64,000 bases of DNA from Eledone cirrhosa (GCA_964016885.1 OZ024743.1:310000001-310064000), one strand, 5' to 3'. Shown: positions 1-12,900, counted from the first letter of the stretch. Made by a program: numbers and translations. Notes: generated by a model not told the origin, from the letters alone.

Positions 1-22
1 ATAGCTTACTTCTGTTATTTCG

Positions 23-66
<44 letters not shown>

Positions 67-139
67 CTCTCTCTTTTGTTAGGAGCAAGTGGATCGAATG
101 GCAAATCCCACATTTGCTTCCCGTCGTCCAGAACAGCTG

Positions 140-1080
140 CCACCTCTCCAGGTGACTGTTTAGCCACCACCAAGTTCTGTAAGGTGGTCGATTTACGCAA
201 AGTGTGTTTCGCTAAGGGCTACAATGCTCACGGTGTAGCAAGCTAGACGTTTCGCTACCTTTGCTGTTTTCTTTCTGCTTTGTCTGTTTTGATGTTGTCT
301 AGCAGAATTTAGAATTCCCTCTTGCCACGTGTGTAGACCTTAACATTTACGTTGGCTGTCCTAGTTGTTCTACTGCATGCTGGCCAGAGTGTGATGAAGT
401 AGGCTATATTTAGAGCAATTTTACTAGAGCAATTCATAGAAATGGTTGCTGAGTTCAAATACTACTTCGTTCAGAGGAGAGCAACACTATGCCCTGTGTA
501 GTCTGTGTGAAGATTTGGGACCACAGCTTCCAGCATATCTGCACCTGCTGTTTCACCAATTGTTCATCACCACAGGACTTGGGGTGTGGGAATGAGTTTA
601 AAGATTTCATTTGAAGTCATAAATTGCGCTTGGCTTGGATTAAACCGTGTGAAAGTTGCACAAATTGTTCAACTTCACCTTCCTGCCCTGGCCTATCTGT
701 ATCCAATGTCAAGTGTAGACGGCTGGAAGTAGGTCGACATGCAGTGTATGGCCACCAGTATCATACGCGTCTAAATATTCCCTAACTGCGCTCCACAACT
801 TTAATGGGTCCACTTTCCTATGTGTTGGACCACGCAGTGCACCGTATCCATTATTCACATATTTAGGTAGACAGGCCCTAGCTCTGTATTAGATGGCCGG
901 TTGATTTTCATGAGGTTCCCTGCCCTTTCATTAGTTTTAGTTTTCATCCAACATGCTGCTAAAACATCACCCTCCTCATCAAGCAGGCTTAGTCGGGGTG
1001 CCGTTTATCACCGATGATCCGACCGTGCAACAGGTTGTACTGGGTTACACGTTACCAATATCAATATAAGGCAACCTGAT
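140..1080 (-). mobile_element. Degenerate 5' part of an RTE-clade LINE (5' leader plus start of APE endonuclease ORF)
   Basis: Minus strand ~320-140 reads ILLDNIKTDKAERK..VAKRLACYTVSIVALSETHFA*IDHLTELGGG*TVTWRG, homologous to the RTE N-terminus at 46950-47115. 960-1080 matches the 5' leader of the element at 18150-18273. Confidence 0.7.
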
Positions 1081-1084
1081 TATG

Positions 1085-1560
1085 ATAAAATAATTGTTGA
1101 ACGCCAACTCAAAATAAAATGCAGGGTGCAGTACAATGACCTATTCTTGGTTTTCGTAGCTGTGACTAAGGCATTTGATACCGCAAGCATGGATGGACTA
1201 TGGAAGAGGATACGATGGTTTGGCTGCCCAAGCAAGTTCATCGTTGTTGTTGCGGTTACATGATGGTATAATAGTGAATGTTTTGAACGATGATGACGAA
1301 TAAGAAATCTTCCCAGAGACGAATGGTGGGAAGGAAGAATGCCTTCTAGTCCCTGAAGTGTTTGGTATGATATTTTCTACTATGCTGCATCTGATACACG
1401 ACTTCTGATACGGGACTTATTTAATTTCCGACGTCTGTAGACGGTCACAGTTAAAAGCCACCGTGACCAGAGACCTCCTATTCGCTAATAATTACAGCCT
1501 CAATACTAGTTCACAGCAGACTACTTCTCATAAACTTTTGAAAAGTTTGGACTCACAAAT
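1085..1560 (+). mobile_element. Degenerate RTE reverse transcriptase fragment
   Basis: RQLKIKCRVQYNDLFLVFVAVTKAFDTASMDGLWK and RDLLFANN match RQLQEKC..VFVDLTKAFDTV..LWK and RDLLYADD of the RTE ORF at 47220-49820; many stops and frameshifts. Confidence 0.7.
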
Positions 1561-1571
1561 TATGCTGAATG

Positions 1572-1690
1572 TAGCTTTACATTACGGGGTCGATAAAATA
1601 AAGTAGCAGTAATTTAACTGGAGTCGATTTCATCGACTTTCCTCTTCACCAAACCTATTAGCCTTGTACCTAAATCAGGAACCATTATAA
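1572..1690 (+). mobile_element. SINE 3' fragment
   Basis: cggggtcgataaa..agtag..gccttgtacctaaa..ga resembles the central and 3' domain of the SINE at 55518-55687. Confidence 0.55.
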
Positions 1691-2298
1691 GTCAACATGA
1701 TTTCACAGACTAACAATCCTTGAGTTCACTAGTCCTACTTCAAAGCTATTGAAAACAGCCTCTCCTTTATAGCGATACCTGTATTATTATACAGTTACAA
1801 TAATTCATTTGTTCTTACTTTATCAAATTTCCACATACTAAAGCACTAATTGTGTGTGTGTGTTTGTATATGTGTCTCTGTTTGTGTGCGGCTTTTAAGT
1901 GTCCGAGAGAGTGAGATAGAATGCGTATAAGAGTATGTGTATATATGAAGCATTTTAAAAGTATGCACATAAACTTAGGGTTAGATATTGAAGTCATTAA
2001 ATTCCAATATTCCTATAATCTCATATTTTGAAGTTCACCTCTTGGTCAAAGCTAATGCTCTCTTCTCATTTGTCTTTAAAATCAAAACACCTGCTTCCTC
2101 TCACCAGAATAATTGTACATTTATATGAATTCAATTCCCGGTTCATATCTAAATGTCACGACCTCATGTAATCACACACATATTCATATATACACAGATG
2201 CACAAATAGGCACACAAACTCAAAAAAGAACAAACACACACCTGTGTTATAAATATGAAGACATTTATGGGTCTATATATACACAGACACACACACAT

Positions 2299-2385
<87 letters not shown>

Positions 2386-2390
<5 letters not shown>

Positions 2391-2752
2391 AAAAGGTAAC
2401 ACACTAGAGAGACATACAGTGCGCCATCAATAAAACAGGGAAAAACCACCAGTGTATGGAATCTATAACCTATGAAAGGCAGAATATAGACACGATAATT
2501 AAAAATATAAATTAAAGCGTAAATAAATATTTATTTACGCTTTAATTTATATTTTTAATTATCGTGTCTATAGTTTGCCTCTCATAGGTTATAGATTCCA
2601 TACACTGGTGGTTTTTCCCTGTTTTATTCCCTGTATGTCTCTCTAGTGTGTTACCTTTTCAACATTGTATTCTAAAGTGCCCGGGATTTCCTCTACTTTG
2701 AGTACATTATTTACAGGGAATGGCGAGAGACTATGGCTCCGTTAATGTATCG
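2386..2752 (+). repeat. ~280 bp fold-back palindrome (2386-2664, centre 2528/2529) plus ~90 bp unique tail, in (TA)n; probably PLE-derived
   Basis: tgttgaaaaggtaacacactagagag... is reverse-complemented as ...ctctctagtgtgttaccttttcaaca; no spacer at the centre (GTAAATAAAT|ATTTATTTAC); (TA)n on both sides. Confidence 0.8.
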
Positions 2753-2771
2753 TGATATATATATATATATA

Positions 2772-3055
2772 TACGACTTCCAACAATTTGAAGACCCGGT
2801 GGTATGCCCATACCCACTCTTTCAGAAGATCGGACAAATCCAATCAGACAACATTCGCCTCCTATGACTGGGACCTCAAGAGGAACTGCACCCTTTCACT
2901 CTCAAATGGAAAATACTCCAGAAAGCGCACTCATACAAGAGAGGAAACAAGTGCTGTGGTCTTTGTATTTCAGAGAGCTACGAAATACTATTTGCCAAGG
3001 GCCCGTGAATCTGTTTAACTTGGTAGAAGATCAGATTTAGTCACCTGTGCTTAGA
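2772..3055 (+). mobile_element. Penelope-like (Naiad-type) GIY-YIG endonuclease fragment, frameshifted
   Basis: TTSNNLKTRWYAHTHSFR..NQTTFASYDWDLK, then in another frame LKWKILQKAHSYKRGNKCCGLCISESYEIL; colinear with the GIY-YIG ORF at 44694-45377. Confidence 0.75.
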
Positions 3056-3683
3056 AGATAAAAGGCTATATGGGGAAATTGTAATTTTGGAAAAAACAGA
3101 GAAAAAAAATTTAGCTTCATTTCAAAGTTTCAACACCACTGCTACTACATCAGAATGCATTGCTGCATGCATTGCCCATCTTGAAGGTCTTCGTGTAGAC
3201 TTTGAGAAATTATGAGCCAGGAGATGAAAATGTTGAGTTAACTGAAATGTTGTTGGACTTGAAAGAGAATGTAAAACTGAGAAGAAGAGTTGACAAAGAA
3301 GGTGTCTTTGTCTACATATCGATAAAGGACTCACACCCAAATATTTTTCAACATGTAGAAGCAAGCATCATTTCTTTTCCTACCATATGGATGGTGGAAT
3401 CTGGATTTTCAGCTGCTGTGGATGTTTTCAGTAGAAGAAGAAATAAATTAGATCTCAACAGCAGAGGAACTATCAGACTAAGACTGAATGACTTCATCAA
3501 AATTGATTTTGATATCCTGTGTTTATCCTTGTTTACTAAAATAAATTTTAAAGTGTAAATAGACTATTTTGTCTTTTCATTAAGTATTTTAGTGTGAAAA
3601 TGGAACAGCTTAAAAGTAAAAGTAGGAGTGGTCCATTGGAATTTTTTGAAGAAAAAAATGGTCCAAAAGGTTGAGAAGGACTG
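3056..3683 (+). mobile_element. hAT (Buster/Charlie-like) DNA transposon 3' remnant
   Basis: ORF 3202-3558 contains SFPTIWMVESGFS..RRRNKLDLNSRGTIRLRL (hAT C-terminal dimerisation motif); ends in TIR-like aaaaggttgagaaggactg (~3665-3683). Confidence 0.75.
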
Positions 3684-4115
3684 ATATAAGGGACTGGGCT
3701 AGAGTCTCATGGCTGTTGGACACATGGGGTCCGTGTGTGCGTACACAAACAAGTTATATATATTGTGGATGTGTAGAACATCCATTTCATAATAGTATAT
3801 ATGAGATGTACAAGGAGTGGATAGAAACATGGAATATATAGGGTATGTGTTTAATAACAATATATATGAAACGTACGCGGCTTGTGTTGTAGGCGTGTAT
3901 GTGTATCAATGGCAGGCAAAGTTAAAATTAACTGCGACGTTAACCTTAGGATCAGCATCAGGTCCGGCATCCAAGTAGCAAATTATACACCACGAATTGA
4001 AGATCGAAAATCAAAAATTGGAAATTTAAACATTTTAAAATTTAAAACCACACATAGGATTGTAGATCAAATCAGACTTATATTGAGTCGGCATCCGCAA
4101 ATTGGCGGGGTGGTG

Positions 4116-4200
<85 letters not shown>

Positions 4201-4588
4201 AAGTAATTCCGTTGGTCAGGTCCAAGAAAAAAAGAGAGCTCTATGTAAGTTACAGAGCTTATTGGTTATGTAATAAACAACATAAGATAATTATTTCATT
4301 TACCAGTGGTTTCTTGAAAGCAACCAAAAAATCCTGGTGTCTTTATTGACAGTGAATTTGGAAAACAAAAATATAACAGATATGAAAGTGAGGCTGGAGG
4401 AAAAAAAGGGGAGGGGTGGGAAAGAATAATAAATAAGAATATATAACAACACACACGTACACACACGCACACACACTCACATATACACACATATATACAT
4501 ATATATATACATATATACACGCATATATACACATATATATACACAGAGACATATACACACACATATACATATACATATATATATATAA

Positions 4589-5050
4589 GATATTAACAAA
4601 TGGAAACTATATTTATAAAACCATATTTATTTCATTATACATATTTCAAGGACACCAAGTTAAATTATGGTGTGCTTTCATCAGATAAAATACAATATAG
4701 ATCAGTTTTATAAATAAATATCGACATACCCTTAAAAAATGCAACCATTACTGTTGGAAGCTCCCGGATAGTTGGAAGCTCCCGCATAGCTTCCAACAGT
4801 AATGGTTGCATTTTTTAAGCGTATGTCAATATTTATTTATAAAACTGATCTATATTGTATTTTATCTGATGAAAGCACACCATAATTTAACTTGGTGTCC
4901 TTGAAATATGTATAATGAAATAAATATCGTTTTATAAATATAGTTTCCATTTGTTAATATCGTATTTTTACTCCAAATATTTGTTGAGTGCTTTATATCA
5001 GTTATAAAAATATTTGCTTGTTGTATCCCAACAATTTAAATAGAACTTTT
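4589..5050 (+). mobile_element. Fold-back non-coding element family A (arms 4589-4762 / 4788-4961, tail 4962-5050) with hammerheads; PLE pLTR-like
   Basis: Near-perfect ~174 bp inverted arms, unique tail, inserted in (TA)-rich tract; same family at 18635-19090 and 31060-31517. Confidence 0.8.
4858..4922 (+). ncRNA. Type I hammerhead ribozyme (mirror copy on minus strand 4628-4692)
   Basis: Stem I TATTTTAT/ATGAAATA; core CTGATGA (4866-4872); stem II AAG(C)ACACCA/TGGTGT(C)CTT; GAAA (4903-4906); minimal quasi-palindromic stem III; AUA cleavage triplet. Confidence 0.7.
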
Positions 5051-5448
5051 ACACATATATATATCCATACATAAACACACCAACACACACACACACATAT
5101 ATATATATACACACACACACATATATATACATGCACACACCCATATATATATATACATATACATATATATACATACATATATATATACATATACATATAT
5201 ATATATACATATACATACACAAATACACACATATATACACACATGAATACGTACTCACATATAAAAGGATACATATGCATACACACAAATAAGGATAAAT
5301 AATCATAGTAGGACGTCACATACAAATAAGCAAATAAAAAATAAGGATTAAGAAAATAAAAAAAATAAAAAATATTATTAAGTTGACAGCGATACAAGAC
5401 GGCAAAATTTAAAATTAAAATAAAAATAATAAAAATAATAATAATAAT

Positions 5449-8400
5449 GATTTCATTTATTGGCCACAAGGGCCGACATATAGGGGACAACACAATAGAC
5501 AGGGACAGTGGGGGTTTACATAGAGATCGAGTAAGTATAAATAACAAAAAACAAAATAACAATAAAAATACAACAATGAAAGTTCCCCAATAAGAGGGAT
5601 CACCACCCAGGGTTGACTCAAGCACCCCACCAGTCCTGAGCCACCCGACGCTCCTAGGGCACCCGGGAAGGGCACCCCTCTCCTTCTCGAATTCACCAGC
5701 CTACAGGCGCATGATCAGAGTAGGCCCACTCACGCGGGCCATTCTCGCCACATTCACCCACCTTTCAGTAAATGTACTGGGGGGCAGCACTTCTCTCTCC
5801 ACCCTCACCTTCCTTTCCAAGTGAAACTTGAAGAAGTTGATGAGGGATTGGCCGAAGAGAAAAGTGTCTGTCTTCAGTCCTTTCAACCTGGTCCACCATG
5901 CAACCTCTTTCGCTACTGCCACCAGGCAGAGGAAAATTGCCTGCCCTTCCTGACCAAAAGAAGGCGGCGGGTCAATCTTCACTATGGACTCGGACGATAG
6001 CCGGATCCGTTCTACACGCGACAATAGCTGTTCGACATAACCTCACAAGTCAGCAATGCACGGACACTGGACGAGTGCGTGCAGAACGGTTTCGTCGCTC
6101 TGCGCGCATCTCGGGCAGGTTCGTCTGACAGCACTTCCGTGCCTGTAGAGTTTATCCCGAACCGGCAGCGCCCCCCGGTAGCACTGCCAAGCGAGGGATT
6201 TCTGGAAGTTATCCATCGTCCCCGGCTCGAAAGTCCTCCGGAACATACTAGTCAGTTCTACTTCGTTGACGCCTAGAGCCTCTCCTAGTACGTCATCGTA
6301 CTTGCCCTCCACTAATCCTCTATAAAAATCTTGAGTGGAAGTTCCACTGACCGCATTGCCCACCTTGCAGAGTGCAGTGAGCGCCTGGCAACATTCCAGA
6401 TGCCAGTCGCCCAGTCTCGGTCTCTTCTTGACCCAGGACTGCAGCTCAGTCAAAGAGATGAGCTGCGGAAAGGCCCGTCTAACAAACGGCGACCACACCT
6501 GTTCACCGTTTAGGCAAAATATCTGGAGATGTCGCAGCCTCAGCGCATGTCTGCGCATCATTAGCCACGGCATGCCCAGCCCTCCACGAAGAGGGTGCTG
6601 GCAGCAGATGGACCGCCTCACCAACGGGACCCGTCCCCTCCACAAAAATTTGAAAAGGAGCCGTTCCAAATTGGCGAGGCGTGGACGGGGGCAAGGCACG
6701 ACGGTCAGGCGGTAGTAGATGACGGACGCGATGTACGCGTTCGCCACCTCCGCCCGCCCTTTCAGTGATAGCTTTCTCTCAGCCCATTTCTGGGTGAGGT
6801 TGGCTATCCTGCTCGTCACCTCGTCCCAATTCTTATCCACCTGGAGGTCTGGTCCGAACCAAACCCCGAGCAACTTTACCGGTCCGTCTGTCCAGCGCCC
6901 AACGACGCTGTTGGACGGCATGGACTTGCCTTTCCAGGTGCCGAGCTAGCTGCAAGCCCAACGACTTTTCCGGGTTAAGTTTTGCTCCCGTCAACCTTTT
7001 ATATTCCTCCAAATGGGTGCGGATCACCTCGATTTCCGAGGTGTCCGACACCATCACGGTGATGTCGTCCGCATAAGCGGACACAGCCTTTCTACGTCCC
7101 GGTTCGAGCGGGATGCCCTGCAACAACTCCAGCTTCCGCAGTAGAGGCTCAAGAGTCAATACGTACAGAAGTGAGGAGAGAGGGCACCCTTGACGGACCG
7201 ATCGAGAGATCTGAAACGGTTCCGAGAGGTGGCCATTAACTTTGACCACCGAGCAGATGCCGTTGTACATTGCAGCGATCCAGCTTCTGAAGACGGGGCC
7301 GAAGCCAGCCGCCTCGAGGACAGCCTCCAAGTACCGATGGTCGACCCTATCGAATGCTTTCGATTGATCTAAATTGATCAGAGCCCCACCGAAGCCAGGT
7401 TTGCACCCAACCCTCTCTATGATGTATCGCATGAGGTGGAGGTTGTCGTGTATGGACCTGGTCGGGATTGCGCAAGTTTGCGCCTCCCCAACCAAATCTT
7501 TGACGACAAGCGCCAACCTTTTCGCTAACACCTTGGCCAAAATCTTAAACTCTGTGTTGAGCAGGGTTATGGGCCTGAAATTATCTAGTGTGTCCCTCTT
7601 GTTCTCGTCTTTCCTTATCAGCGTCACTACGCCACGGCTCACAGAACTGGGAATGCTCCCGTTCTGCTGCCAGTTGCAGTAGAGCGCTTCGAGGAGATCG
7701 GAGAACAAGTCAGGCATATTTACGTAAAGCTCGTAGGGCAGACCATCCAAACCGGGTGACTTGCGACTCGAGCAGCCGACAAGGGCGTCCTGAATTTCGA
7801 CTGATGTTATCGGCTCTTCGCAGCGCTCAGCGTCGGCCGTCGAGAGGCGTGGCAAGCCGTCGAGGTAGGGACTGAAGTCCGCCGCCGTCTCCGACTCACC
7901 GATCCTCCCGAACAATCGAGCAAAGTGCTGGCGAAAGGCCTCACACATCTGCTTGGAATCGCTCAGTTCGTGTCCATCTCGATCCGTCAAAGACTGAATT
8001 GTGGTTTTATTTCCACGCTGCGTCTCCGCAAAGCGAGCCCATCGGGCAGCTTTGGTTCCCTCGTTCCTCAGAGCACGCGCCTTAGCTCTGACAATGCAAC
8101 CTTCGTGTTTCGCATTGAAGAAATGGTCTAGTGCCATTCTCGCCGCTAGCACGTCTGTTGCAATGCCACTACAAATAGCCTCGTCTAACTTAGCTATCAG
8201 TCCCTCCTCCTTTCTATTTTTCTCTATTGCTACTTCTTTGCTAAATCCTATCGAGGTTGCTCTAATCTCTCTTTTGAGAGCCCCCCACCACCTGTTGTTG
8301 ACAACCCCCCTGTCAACTTTTGCTTAACTAAGTTGTTAACCCGGTCCCTGTAAGCTTTACGTGCCGGAAACGACATGTTTAGCTTCCAGTAGCTAGGTCC

Positions 8401-9909
8401 TAACCTACGTGTCTTATCTAGGTCGACCATACAGATCACAAGCTTGTGATCTGAATAGGCAACCGTTTTAAAATGTGGACATCCTACACTATTTCTATCT
8501 CTTTTCCTAATGAAAATCCTATCTATGTACGATCTAGATGACCCTATGCGATTGGTCCAGGTCCATACTGGCGCATTAGGGAAATCTAGTCGGTACCTGT
8601 CAGACAGTTAAAACTGGCTGATCAGGTACTTGAGGCTTTTGCACCCCCCGCTCCTATCAGATACTCCCACACAATCCCAGCGTGCTTCTAAGATGCCATT
8701 CCAATCCCCTATTAACAGTAAAGGGCGAGACGTAAGCAGAAAGTTTTCCAGGCACCTAAAGAAGTCCGGCCGACCGGCCCCAGTAGGGGCGTAGACGGCC
8801 ACCAGTCTAAAGGCACCACCTTCGCTATTGCTCACGTCCAGGACCACCAACCTTCCGTCAGGATCCCGGAAGATTGACCTTACCTCGAGATCCAGACATT
8901 TCCTAAACAGCACAGCCACTCCACCTCCCATTCCCGGCCGACTAACAGATGCAAAGATCTGATAATTATGACCTTGCTGGTTTTGCAAGGGGTCATTGAA
9001 TGCTTTACAGCGAGGGCTTCAGATTTGAACAGCACCGAAACGGTGCCGTATTGCCTGCCCCTCTCTATGAAGTCTGTGTCCTCTCTGATGTATTTCAGTG
9101 CGGCTTCTATATCAGCTTGGGCGATTATCGCTGCCCTCTTTGTCTCTACTGAGATGCATCTGAAATGCACCGTTCTTTTTTCCACTGCCTCAATGGCTTC
9201 TGCCGGGACAGTTAAGTTTGCCCAGGTCTGCTCTTGATTTATGATTTTCCAGGCCTGGGCCAACTTTTCCTCTCTGTTGGTTAAGTCGATGCTGTAGCAT
9301 GGTCTCCTTTTAGCCGCTGCCACAGCAGCGAAGGTGTTCTTGTTGGTGTTGTCACTGTTGTTGTTCTTGTTGGTGTTGCTGCTGCTATTGCTGTTGTTGT
9401 TCTCCCCTGTGTCGTGGTTACCCTCTGTGCTGTTGGCCTTGTTGGTGCTGCTGCTGTCGCTACTATTACTCTCTGTGCTGTTCGTTTTGTTGGTGCTCTC
9501 GCTATTACCACCTTCTGCGCTGTTCGGCTTGTTGGTGTTGTCGCTGTTACCACCTTCCGCGCCGCTCGGCCCGTTGGTGCTGGCACTGTCGCTGCTCACA
9601 CTCGTGCTGGTGGCGCTCCTCGCCCCACCTCTCCTCTCAACGCTCAAGTCGCCGTTGCACGACAGCAGACCCGCCTCTAGAGGGCGTGGCTCCGCCATGT
9701 TTTTTTGAGAAAAAAAATTATTATTTTTCCAAAGTAAAGTTCAAATATTTGGGCCAAAAGGCCCAAATATTATGAGTTATTCCTTCACAGGATACAAATG
9801 AATGTCTTACAATGCTTCAGCGGTACAAAAAAATAAACAATTCTCCACAATTAATCCTCAAAAAATTGCTTACTCACGGAGCTTCAAAAAACGTACATCC
9901 ACTTTCGTC
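5449..9909 (-). mobile_element. Tx1/L1-clade non-LTR retrotransposon copy A (disrupted; internal deletion joins ORF1 to ORF2 APE at ~8975)
   Basis: ORF1 from ATG 9698 (N/S-rich N-terminus); APE motifs (LVAVYAP, IGDWN, YWKLN); RT 8152-6833 (QSKAFDRV, QGCPLS, YADD); CCHC CPRCAQSDETVLHALVQC; AATAAA then (ATT)n at the 3' end; several frameshifts. Confidence 0.93.
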
Positions 9910-9927
9910 AATAATAATAATAATAAT

Positions 9928-12900
9928 GATTTCTTTATTAACCACAAGGGTTTACATAAAGTAGACATTAAGGACAGTGCAGGACAATACAGGACGGTAC
10001 AAATGGGCATTTCTGCGTGTAAAAAAACAAAAACAGAGTATGTAACAAAAAATAACAATGAAATATTCCCCAATAGGGGGGAGACTTTGGAGGGACATTT
10101 GTGGAGAAAGCCCAGTAAAAGGCTACAGTGACCCTGACCACCAAGGCAAGTGCCCTCTCCGAGTTTTCCACCTTTAATTTACAGATACGTACTCCGAGTA
10201 TGCCCATTCACTCGGGCCATTCTTGCTTCTCTCGCCCATCATTCAACAAAATGCTGGGAAGAGAGCACTTCCCTATCTACCCTGATTTTCCTTTTCAAAT
10301 GAAATTTGAAAAAGTTAATCAGGGCATCACCGAAGAGGTAAGTGCTCGTCTTCAGGCCTTTCAAACGTGTCCACCATACTATCTCTTTCGCCATGGCCAC
10401 CAGACAGATAAAAACTGCCTGCCCTTCCCGGCTAAAGGAGGAGGGCGGGGAAATCCTCATGATGGACTCAGATGATAGCCGGATCCGTCCTACACGCGAC
10501 AGCAGGTGTTCGACATAAACCCACAAGTCAGAACTTTTCGGACACTGGACGAGTGCGTGGAGGACGGTTTCGTCGCCCTGTGCGCATCTCGGACATGCCC
10601 GGCTAACGGCACCTCCATGCCTGTAGAGTTTATCCCGAACTGGCAAGGCTCCTCGGTAGCACTGCCAGGCCAGAGATTTCTGGAAGTTGTCCATAGGTCC
10701 GGGCACGAAAGTTCTTCCGAAGAGATTGGCTAGTTGATTTTCGTCGACGCCTAGAGTTTCCCCAAGTACGTCATCGCTCTTCCCCTCCACTAATCTTCTA
10801 TAGAACGCCAAGGTGGAGTTTCCACCGAGCACATTGCCCGATTGGTCGAGGGCTGTGAGCGCCTGAAGACATTCCAGTGTCCAAGCGCCCCCTCTCGGTC
10901 TTCGCTTGACCCAGGACTGCAGCTCCGTCAAGGAGACGAGCTGGGGGAAGACGTGTCTAGCAAACGGCGACCACATCTGATCACAGTCGAGGAAGAGGTG
11001 GAGATGTCGTAGCCTGATCGCGTGTCTGCGCATCATCAGCCACGTCATGCCCAGCCCTCCACATAGCGGGTGTTGATAGCAGATGGACCGCCTGACCATC
11101 GGAGCGCGTCCCTTCCACAAAAAGCGAAAGAGCAAACGCTCCAGCGCAGTCAGGCGGGTCTTAGGACAAGGTACGACGGTCAGGCGGTAGTAGATGACGG
11201 ACCCGATGTACGCGTTAGCCACCTCCGCTCGACCTTTCACGGATAGCTTCCTCTCCGCCCATTTCTGGGTGAGAGAAGCCACCCTGCTCGTCACCTCGTC
11301 CCAGTTTTTGTCCGTCTGGAGGTCCGGACCGAACCAGACCTCTAGCAATTTAACCGGTCCGTCCATCCAGCGCCCGACAACGCTGTTGGAAGGCATAGAC
11401 CTGCCTCTCCAGGTGCCGAGCTGCAGGCCCACTGACTTTTCCCGGTTGATCATTGCTCCTGTCACCGCTTCGTATTCTCTTAGTGTAGTGCCGATCGCCT
11501 CGATGTGTTTGGCGATCGACACCACTACGGTGACATCGTCCGCATATGCTGACACGGATCTTCCGCATCCAAGTTCGCGCGGGACCTCCCTCAACGTCTC
11601 CAGATTGTGCAGTAATGGCTCGAGAGTCAATACGTACAAGAGGGACGAGAGGGGACATCCTTGGCCGACCGAGCGCATGATGTTGAACAGTTCGGAAAGG
11701 TGACCGTTCACTCTCACCACAGAGCATATGTCGCTGTGCATGGCAGCGATCCAGCCTCTGAAGACAGGCCCAAAGCCAGCCGCCCTCAGGACTGCCGCTA
11801 GGCAACGATGGTCGACCCTATCGAAAGCTTTCGACTGATCTAAATTGATCAAGGACCCACCCGTGCCAGGTTCCCTAGCTACCCTCTCTACGATGTATCC
11901 CATGAGGTGGAGGTTGTCGTGGATGGATCTGTCGTGAATGGCGCATGTCTGCGCCTCTCCCACCAGACCACCAACGACAAGCGCCAACCTCTTTGCTAGC
12001 AACTTGGCCAAAATCTTGAACTCTGTGTTTAGCAGAGTTATGGGCCTAAAATGATCTATGTTATCCCCCTTGTTCGGATCCTTTCTCAGCAGCGCCACAG
12101 CTCCTCGGCTCACAGAGCTGGGAATTCTCCCGTTCTGTTGCCAGTTGCAGTAGACGTCCGCCAAGAGGCCTCCGAACAAGTCTGGCATCTGTACGTAAAG
12201 TTCATAGGGCAGACCATCCAAACCTGGCGATTTACCCCTTGTGCAGCTAGTCATTTCCTCCCGTACTTCAGCGGCTGTTATCGGCTTTTCGCAACACTCC
12301 GTCTCAGTGGCCGAGAGCCGCGGCAGTCCGTCGAGGTAGACACTAAAGTCCATCCCTCGATCCGGCCCTGCTGCTGCCCCCGATCAACTGAGCGAAGTGT
12401 CGCTGAAAAGCTTCACACATTTGCCCGGGGTCGAGTTGCATGCGCTCGTCGTGGTCCACCAAAGACCGGATCGTTGCTTTGTTGCCACGATGCGCCTCCG
12501 CCACTCGGGCCCATTGAACGGCTTTCGTCTCCTCGTGTCTGAGAGCACGCACCCTAGCTGTGACAACGCAGCCTTCGTGCTTTGCATTGAAGAATTGGTC
12601 AAGGGCCAATTTCGCCGAAAGCACGTCGGTCGCGAAGCCTTTGCTAAGCGCCTCGTCTAATTTTCTAACTAATTCTCCCTCTGCTCTATTTTTTACTATT
12701 GCTAAAGCCTAACTAAACCTAGTGGACTCTATTCTAATTGCTCTTTTCAGAGCAAACCACCACTTGTTGTTGACGATGGCCCCCCGTCAACGCCCGCTTA
12801 ACTAGTTCGCTAATCCGGTCTCTGTAGGCCTTGCGCGCTGGTAAGGACGCGTTTAGCTTCCAGTAGACGGGTCCTCGTCTATGAAGCCTATCTAAGTCAA

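Larger units (their letters stand above)
4270..5448 (-). repeat. Microsatellite-rich interspersed repeat; inverted paralogue of 19305-20730 (and 31732-33170)
   Basis: Blocks 4270-4460, 5055-5090 and 5240-5448 are reverse complements of blocks at 20510-20728, 20332-20362 and 19310-19512. Confidence 0.75.

Noticed and set aside
9334-9708. Leu-rich membrane-like ORF (also 54909-55418, 15531-15773)
   Set aside because: Antisense readings of N/S-rich Tx1 ORF1 or of (TAA)n.
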